A DNA stretch of 64,000 bases from Plasmodiophora brassicae (Eukaryota): NCBI GenBank assembly GCA_036867785.1, contig CP145425.1, forward strand, positions 496,001 to 560,000, given 5' to 3'. Of the stretch, positions 56,654 to 64,000 are shown in pieces. Below the pieces are notes generated by a model. It searched no databases. It saw only the letters and a program-made list of their open reading frames with translations, and had not been told where the DNA came from. Made by a program: the position numbers and the translations under genes. How positions within the stretch are numbered: position 1 is the stretch's first letter; each line of letters begins with the position of its first letter.

Positions 56654-57202
56654 TCAGTCATCGCCGTAGGTGAACACGGGCTCCGACATGCCGGACGAGC
56701 GCATCTGGCACTGCTGAAGCATGTCAAAGTAGTACTTGCAGCTGGACACGCTGTTCTGGTTCGCCGCCATGCACTACGGGACCAGTTACATACATACACG
56801 TGAGCGGATCGCGCTCGAACTTACGTCGCGGAACGCTTTCAGGTCAACAGCGCAGGCGTTGCCCGAGGAGTACTCGGTGGCCATCGGCACCGGGTCAGCG
56901 GCGGCGGCGGCGGATGCGGCAGGCGCCTCCTGAGGCGCGTGGGATTCGCGTCCGCCCATGATCGAATCGACGGCCCGATGCGCGATCGCGGATCCGGTGC
57001 CGAACGCCATGCCGGACGCCACGGTGGACATCAGGCCCCCGGCGACGCCGTGCTGCCCCTGCGGCTGCATCGCGGCGACCGGGGCCGGCGCCGACTGACG
57101 AACCGCCGGCACGGGCGCTTTGGGACGCGCCGGCGCCGCCGGCCTCGGCACAGCCCGGGCCCGAGGTCGCATCGACCCACCGCCTCCCGATCGACGCGCC
57201 AT
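56654..57202 (-). CDS. CHCHD2/CHCHD10/Mix17 family mitochondrial twin-Cx9C protein, 2 exons
   Basis: GLMSTVASGMAFGTGSAIAHRAVDSIMGG; CAVDLKAFRD|C......SSCKYYFDMLQQC. Confidence 0.92.
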
Positions 57203-57416
57203 CTAATACGACGACCCCAATCGAAGTATGACGCGCGCGATGCGTCGCGGGGTCCCGCAGGCCGCAACCCCGTGACTGTACGGCAACAGCAGCGGTACCG
57301 TATCGACGGGACGGGGCGGTGGTATACCACTGTGACGTTGACAACTTCCAGATGGCGTGCAGACTTTTAAACGTCGCTATTAAATTTGGGCTAGTGGCAA
57401 CGGCGCGGACGCCGTA

Positions 57417-58723
57417 TCAGGAGGATGGCGCTGGGAGCATATGCCGGCTGTAGGCACGAGGCTCGGCGGGAAGTTCCCTGAAGACGAATATGAAGCGCAT
57501 GGAGACGTAGCTGTCCGATGCGGCGCAAGATCGTGGCCTGGGAAGACACTGGATGAGACAGTGCGCCTGAGTCGTTCGGCAGCTGCCGTCCTTGCACAAT
57601 ATGCCCCTACGAAGATGGCATGTTATATGCGGACGGGCGGCGCGAACACGGACGAACGTACCACTGCGGGAAGTACATGGTGTTGTGATTCAGCAGCAGA
57701 CAATGCGTCACAATACAGGCAAGGGTGGGCCAATACGACGGGTGCGTAATCCTACCACTGGTGTAAGCGACGTACAGTAGGTACAAACCATGGCAGTACG
57801 CATACATCCATATCTGGGACAGGACAAATTTGTCCGTCAACGTGCACAACATCTTGTTGCACCGGTTGAAATCAGCGCTGGTATAACCGAACAGCTTTGT
57901 GGCAGCGTCGTTAATCGACATGGCTTTAAAGCAGGTGCGTTTGCCTGCAACGGGTCAGAATGTAGACCTACAGCACGCATGCACAAAACCACACCGGTAA
58001 CGACAGAGATAACCAACGACGGTGTCCCGTCGGTCAGCAGCGACAACGGGAACTCAGGAGGCTCATCGCCCACGTAGACTGGCGGTGACAATAACGGATA
58101 GACGACCCCAGGAGCCAACTCTCGTTCAACAACTTGAATCAGGTCATCAGTTAGCAACCTTCGAATCGACATGCAGTACCGCTGCCTGCACGAGGGCGAC
58201 GTCAGTGTCCACACGCATAACGGGGAGCGAGACAAACGTGTCAACCGTTCCACATCGGTCAGGCGCTGAATCAGGGTCGGGTTGCAATACCGATGCCCGT
58301 TCAAGGTGTACATCCGAATCTCATTAGGCACCTCGATGGCGTACGAAATTGGGGTTATCTCGATGAGACAGCTGGAGGGTTCCGGTTCAACTTCGCGTAC
58401 GCAATCGTAGGCCTTGCCGAGTCGGCAACAACGCGCGCACGGGCGCTCCCGCTGGCATCGAGCTTTACCTCGAACACACTGGGAACACGCACCTGCAATC
58501 CGTGATATCTTCCCGATCCTCTTCGGCCTGGAGGCCGGATCCTGATCATGGCACTCGCGCTCCCGCAGGCGGGCGCATCGGCCGCAGGGTCGCCCACCGT
58601 CACACCTCGCATGGACACGAGCACCTAGACGCTGGCCCTCAGCACTGGCATACGCAACCGCAGCACAGCACCTATCCTACAGAGCGCACATGACGTCAGG
58701 CGCTTGCCGACCTCGGCGACCAT
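57417..58723 (-). CDS. Double Zn(II)2Cys6 + PAS-like transcription factor, paralogue A; multi-exon
   Basis: After removing intron 58625-58680: CALCARVHARCDGGRPCGRC......C and CSQCVRGKARCQRERPCARC......DC; PAS-like INDAATKLFGYTSADF and CKDGSC. Confidence 0.8.
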
Positions 58724-59001
58724 TCGAAAACGCCGCGATCCAGTTGACGCGCGCGATGTTCGGTGTGCCAGTCGCGACTCGCGAGTCGTGACGCAGTCCA
58801 GCTGTTGCGGACTTGCAGCCACCAAAAAGACGGTGCAGCTTTACGGCGGTGGAGTTTTGCCGTTCCCGCTACCAATCGTGCGACGTTGCTTTGGAATGCC
58901 AAACACAAGAAGGAACCAGATACTGTGAGACAATGACAAGTGATGAATTCTATGTAGGTAGTTTGCCCAAGTGACGGTTGTTGGCGATGCAAAAGCACGC
59001 C

Positions 59002-60236
59002 CTAGAGATGTGCTCCACCTGCATGCGCGACGTCCTCGAAGACGAATGTCAGACGCATCGAGACATAGCTGTTCGACGCGGCAGGAGATCGCGGCCTGGG
59101 GAGATTTTCCACCAGGCAATGAGCTTGGGTGATCCTACAGCTGCCGTCCTTGCACAGTATGCCCCTAACATTCATCAGATATGCGGATCATCGTGTCGTG
59201 GACCATTGACGTACAGGCGCGGGAAGTACATGTTGTTTCTACCAGCGAGGATAGTATAGGCCACCGTGTACGCAAAGACGGGCCAGTACAATGGGTGTGT
59301 GATCCTACAATGCAGACCTGATTCGTACAACGCCAATCACACAGCGCGCCTCATCCATTCACATACATCCACATTTGAGGCAAGACTGTCCCGATGGGCA
59401 AGTTGGAAAGCATTTTGTTGCACTGGTTGAAGTCAGCGCTGGTGTAGCCGAAGAGCTTAGTGGCAGCCCCGTTCGTTGAAACGACTTTGAACTTCCTGCA
59501 ACTCTCTGCACGAAACACGAGTCAGACGGAGTACCGCACATGGACAGCTTAAAGCGTCACCGGTAATAACAGAGACAACGAGCGAGGGTACCCCTCCCTT
59601 TAGCATTGACTTGGGAAACTCGTCAGGCTCGTCGCGCAGGTCGACCGGTGGAGACAGGACAGGGTAGACGACGCCAGGAGCCATTTCGCGTGCAACGATT
59701 TGCGCCATGTCTTCGGTTACAATTGATCGAACTGCGTGCAGGTACCGCATCCTACACGTTTCCGTCAATGTCACACGACATCAGGGCGTGTGCGGCGTGA
59801 GAACACACCTTCCCGCATCAGTCAGACGCCGGACCAGGGTTGGATCGCAATACCGATGGCCGTTCACGAGGTACATGCGGATCTGGTCGGGGAACTCGAC
59901 GACAGTGGAGATGGGCGTGACCTTGGCTAGACAGCGGATCGTTTCAGGAACGACTTCGACTTCGCGTACGCAATCATATGCCTTGCCGAGCCGGCAGCAA
60001 CGTTCGCATGGGCGCTCTTGTTGACACCGCACCTTACCCAGAACGCACGACGAGCAAGCGTGGGAGACCCGCGAAGCCCGACCTGCCCTCTTCGGCTTGG
60101 TGACCGGGTCCTGATCGCGGCATTCGCGCTCCAGCAGACGGATACATCTGGCGCATGGTCGCCCGCCGTCACACTTGGCATGTACGCGTGCGCACAGCGC
60201 ACACGAGGTCAGCAGGCGCTTACCGCCCTCTGCCAT
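59002..60236 (-). CDS. Double Zn(II)2Cys6 + PAS-like transcription factor, paralogue B; multi-exon
   Basis: CALCARVHAKCDGGRPCARC......C and CSSCVLGKVRCQQERPCERC......DC; colinear with paralogue A through to GILCKDGSCRITQAHCL...HL*. Confidence 0.85.
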
Positions 60237-60854
60237 TGGAAGCAGCACTGCAGCAGTGACCAGGGGGCGAACTTCGCAGTTCGGCGACCGCGGCCTAGGG
60301 CTACGGGACGGTACGGACAATTCTAAAACGACGTCGCGGGGGCACTGACGCACTTCGTCCAGAGTCGCGCATCCCGCGCATTCGTTTGTGCGCGACAGCG
60401 GGCGGCTACCCGGAAACGACAATTGCGTCCAATGGGGCTACCCGGAAACGGCCATTTCAAGGAAAATCTTTGAGAAATAAGGATGTCAGACATATAATAA
60501 ACGACGAGAATGAATGTATTTTACAACTCACATTAATGCTGAACGTGGCGCCACGATTTGCAGCTAAAGGAGTACATGTTTGCTCGTTGCATCAAAAGAG
60601 TCCGATTGCCAGCTGGTGATGTCAGTCTGACCTGGTGATAGAACGAGTTTCGTTCCCCTGACAAATCCTTCGGAACATAAGTTGCTGCTTCTTGATGTGT
60701 GCTTGTAATTACAATACCGTTTGTTCGGCTGCAATGCCATTCGTCGGCTGCAATGGCGCACGCTGGACGCCTGGGCGCGCTTTTTTGACAACGAAACGAA
60801 GTGGCGCCCCGGCGGACTGCAGCTCCCACTGCGGCCTGCGGGGCCCAGCATGTA

Positions 60855-63800
60855 ATGTACCGTCGGGTTCATGCAGTCAACGTCGTCGTCCATGTGCGAT
60901 ATCGTCGGGGTCGGCGTTTTGGTCAGGCGGCGCCTGCCCTGCCAGCCGATCGCGTCGTCGATGGCGGGGCGGCGCTGACGCCCAGCGCACTGGACGACTT
61001 CTGGCAGAATCCGTCGATCCCCGTTGCCGTCCGCCTGCTGTCGCAGGAGGTCGATCCCGGTCGCGGATGGGCCATATTCCGCCATGTGCTCGGCAGTGGA
61101 CTACGACCACGCGAGCCGTTCTTCCGGCGCGCGCTCCAGTTCTGCCAGCGATCGCTCCCGTCGAAGGCGCCGCACGTCGTGCGGACCGCCGCGTTCACAG
61201 GCGTGTCCGTCAGTACGAACGACGGCCTGTTCTGCACGTTTCTCGGTGCGTGTAAGGCGGGAAACCCGCCGCTACTCGACGAGGCTCTCGACGTCTACCA
61301 GCGGCTTCGTGGACCCCGGTCCCACAACGTCATTTGCAGTCTGGCCAGTTTGTGCCGGCTGGCTAAGCGCCCGGAATCGGCGTTGCCTCTCTTGACCGAC
61401 GTTCTGGACCACTTTGTGCAGTTCAGCGAAATGCTCATGTCGATATTGGCGGCCAGCTGCGCCGAAGCGCAGAGCGCGCAAGGCGCTGACACCGCCGAAC
61501 GCCTTCTCGAATTGGTTCGTTCCAAGCGCGTCCCTCCCTATCAGCAACACCAGCTCTACGCGAACCTTATCAAGGCGCTGCTGTCTCAAGCGCGATTCGA
61601 TGCGGCGATCGACGCGCTTTCTCTGCTCGACACGATCGGCGTGCCCCCATCCAATCACGTTTACGCGGTTGTTTTCAGCGCTCTGACGAAGTCCTCATGC
61701 ATTGACCAGGCGGTGACCGTGTTTCAGTCGATGATGGAACGCAGCATTCCTGTGTTTGCCCCCGATCTGACGACCCTGATTGCGGCGTGTGGCAGGTCTG
61801 CATCATTCGACGCTCTGCAGGCGCTGTTTAAGGGCTGTCGAGGCACGCCACTGCTTGACGATGAGTTCGCCGTCAATGCGTTCGTTGCCGCGTTCGGGCA
61901 TTGTAACAGGCCCGACGAGGCGCGGCGTGTTCTTCGTGCGGCGACGACGCCGAACGTTTCGAACTTCAACGCGCTGATCGCTGCGTACGCGAAGAATGGG
62001 CAGCATGCGAAGGCGATACAGGCGATTGACGACCTGAGAACAAGTCGCCTTCCGCTCACCATCGAGATATACACGAACATGCTGTCCGTCTACGCAAAGG
62101 CGGATCAGCTTGACGAGGCCATGGCCGTGTTCCGAGAAATGGTTGCCCTCAACATGAACGTCGACGAGCCTGTACTTGCGATTCTGGTCACTACCTGCGG
62201 TCGCCGCGCGGACAAGCAGAGGGTGAACATGCTCGCTGAGTACGCAGAACGCAATGTGCTCCTGGCGAGGAAGATCGTGTTCACATCGTTCGTTGCCGCC
62301 TATGGGCAGTGTTGCGATTTGCCCTCCATTAAGCTGCTGCATCGTTTCGCGTGGACAAGCGGATCGTCGACGCGGCTGCTGCAGGATGAATTTGTCGTCA
62401 ACGCGTTCATTTCAGCCTACGGGCACTGTCAGCGCCCGGAAGAGGCGCACGCCCTGTTCTGCACGGTCAAAGCGCCTCGTGTTTCCACGTACAACACCAT
62501 GATCTCTGCGTACAGCAACAACGGCATGTTCTCCAGCGCCATATGCGTATTCGAAGACCTGCGCCAGGCTGGCCTCGAGTGCAACATTGAGGTCTACAAC
62601 AACGTCCTATCGGTATACGCAAAGGCGAACCTCGTCCCCACAGCGCTCATATTGCTCGACGAACTATCGGCACGGGGCCTGAAGATTGGCTCACGTGTGC
62701 TCGCTTGCCTTGTTGCCGGGTGTAACGCGCTGGGGCCTTTAAAGACGCTTCACCAGTACGCGGAGGAGAACGCGCTGCTCTCGAACGACAACGTATTCCC
62801 GGCACTGGTCGCGTCTTATGGTCAGTGTCGGGATTTGAAGACGATCCAAACGCTTCATGAGTCAGCGATCTCCAACGGCCTCGTGCGGTACGAATTCGTG
62901 GTCAGCGCGTTCATTGCCGCCTATGGGCATTGCGGGCGCCCCGTCGAGGCGCATGACGTCCTTCGCAGCACGCCTCACCAGCGTGCATCGACGTTTAACG
63001 CCCTGATTGCCGCGTACGCGAACAACGACATGCTTGACAGTGCGATTGCGACATTCGAAGAGGTCAAGGCCATGCCGGATCTGGAGGTCACCCTTGAAAT
63101 CTACAACAATGTCCTATCGTTATTCGCCAAGGCGGATCGTATACCAGACGCCATGAACATGTTCGATGAGATGGCTGGTCGAGGGATCGACGTGGGTCCT
63201 CCGGTCCTGTGCTGCTTGATCTCTGCCTGTGGCCGCAATGCACAGACCGCTTTCCTGCGCAAATTGCAGCAATACGTCACCGAGCACGCGCTCCTTCACA
63301 ACAGGGCTGTCTTCAATGCCTTCGTCACCGCGTACGGTCGCTGCTCAGAGCTGTCCAGCATCCAGGACCTGCATCGACTCGCCAGCGAGAACGCCCTGCT
63401 AGATGACATCGGCGTTGCAAACAGCCTCATATCGTCGTATGGGCATTGTGGACATATCGACGGCGCAGAACACCTGTTCCTGTCGTTGAAGGCAGCTCCC
63501 ATTCTTGTCACGTTCAACTCCATGATTACGACGTACGGGTGGCATGGCATGCTCCCGGACGCGTTATCCACATTTGAGCGACTGAAGGCGACGGGGATCA
63601 CGCCGGACGCGATCACGTTGCTGTCCCTGCTAACGGCCTGCAGCCATACAGGTTCCCTCGACGACGCGAACGCGATCGCCGCCGAATTCGAACAGGTGTG
63701 GCGCGTACCTTTCGATGCACGCCACACGAACTGCATGATCAATCTGTATGGGCGGGCGGGCAACCTGGACCAAGCAGAGCACCTTGCCCTGTCGTCCGCG

Positions 63801-64000
63801 CAAGCCGACCAAGTTACGTGGACGACCGTCCTCAGCGCGTGCCGCAAGCATAACGACGTCGTTCGTGCGGAGCGTGTCTTTTCCCGCATTCAGTCGTTGC
63901 CCAACGCATCGTCGCATCTCGCAGGCGCCTATGTCATCCTTTCCAGCATCTACGCGTCTGTGCGCCGTCACTCAGACGCGGAACGTCTTCGGGAGGAGAT
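60855..64000 (+). CDS. PLS-class pentatricopeptide-repeat protein with E1/E2 extension (possibly DYW), intronless, 3' partial
   Basis: Open frame from ATG 60855 to the window end, absent from the ORF track (no stop within the window). Presequence-like MYRRVHAVNVVVHVRYRRGRRF; many PPRs; FNSMITTYGWHG..DAITLLSLLTACSHTG..HTNCMINLYGRAG.LDQAE..VTWTTVLSACRKH..AYVILSSIYA. Confidence 0.92.
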   Translation, partial: MYRRVHAVNVVVHVRYRRGRRFGQAAPALPADRVVDGGAALTPSALDDFWQNPSIPVAVRLLSQEVDPGRGWAIFRHVLGSGLRPREPFFRRALQFCQRSLPSKAPHVVRTAAFTGVSVSTNDGLFCTFLGACKAGNPPLLDEALDVYQRLRGPRSHNVICSLASLCRLAKRPESALPLLTDVLDHFVQFSEMLMSILAASCAEAQSAQGADTAERLLELVRSKRVPPYQQHQLYANLIKALLSQARFDAAIDALSLLDTIGVPPSNHVYAVVFSALTKSSCIDQAVTVFQSMMERSIPVFAPDLTTLIAACGRSASFDALQALFKGCRGTPLLDDEFAVNAFVAAFGHCNRPDEARRVLRAATTPNVSNFNALIAAYAKNGQHAKAIQAIDDLRTSRLPLTIEIYTNMLSVYAKADQLDEAMAVFREMVALNMNVDEPVLAILVTTCGRRADKQRVNMLAEYAERNVLLARKIVFTSFVAAYGQCCDLPSIKLLHRFAWTSGSSTRLLQDEFVVNAFISAYGHCQRPEEAHALFCTVKAPRVSTYNTMISAYSNNGMFSSAICVFEDLRQAGLECNIEVYNNVLSVYAKANLVPTALILLDELSARGLKIGSRVLACLVAGCNALGPLKTLHQYAEENALLSNDNVFPALVASYGQCRDLKTIQTLHESAISNGLVRYEFVVSAFIAAYGHCGRPVEAHDVLRSTPHQRASTFNALIAAYANNDMLDSAIATFEEVKAMPDLEVTLEIYNNVLSLFAKADRIPDAMNMFDEMAGRGIDVGPPVLCCLISACGRNAQTAFLRKLQQYVTEHALLHNRAVFNAFVTAYGRCSELSSIQDLHRLASENALLDDIGVANSLISSYGHCGHIDGAEHLFLSLKAAPILVTFNSMITTYGWHGMLPDALSTFERLKATGITPDAITLLSLLTACSHTGSLDDANAIAAEFEQVWRVPFDARHTNCMINLYGRAGNLDQAEHLALSSAQADQVTWTTVLSACRKHNDVVRAERVFSRIQSLPNASSHLAGAYVILSSIYASVRRHSDAERLREE

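Noticed and set aside
58625-58825. Paralogue A as a pseudogene (stop after the first CxxC)
   Set aside because: A canonical 56-nt GT-AG intron restores the frame and all six cysteines
1-64000. rRNA, tRNA, telomeric arrays, prokaryotic operons
   Set aside because: No such signatures seen by eye; a covariance-model search would be needed to exclude small ncRNAs

Overview
Gene-dense eukaryotic genomic DNA: GC-rich, many short (~50-70 nt) GT-AG introns, very short intergenic gaps. Gene content and style suggest a compact protist genome, most plausibly a plasmodiophorid such as Plasmodiophora brassicae (inference, not verified). About 30 protein-coding genes are recognisable, including TSR1, PDCD2/TSR4, Mss4, a class-II DnaJ, Beclin-1/ATG6, an NAD-dependent epimerase, RBM39, a PCGF/BMI1-like RING-RAWUL protein, STRIP/Far11, DD3-3, TMEM42-like and CHCHD2/Mix17. 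Four things stand out. (1) A ~21 kb G-protein signalling neighbourhood (31.3-52.6 kb) holds a GRK-type kinase ending in CaaX, two G-alpha subunits, and a large adhesion-GPCR-like receptor (4 NHL propellers + REJ-like region + intact GPS + 7TM). (2) A ~6 kb island (15.0-20.9 kb) of scrambled transposon fragments is arranged as nested inverted repeats, including a ~1.5 kb palindrome; it encloses an intact ankyrin gene and abuts a secreted SKP1/BTB-like ankyrin effector candidate. (3) There is a TRFH-like + telobox Myb protein, a catalytically degenerate PARP-like gene, and two tandem double-Zn2Cys6/PAS paralogues that differ by an intron. (4) A plant-style PLS-E PPR protein runs off the window end. 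All family assignments come from motif recognition by eye; exon boundaries are partly approximate. No rRNA, tRNA or CRISPR was seen.
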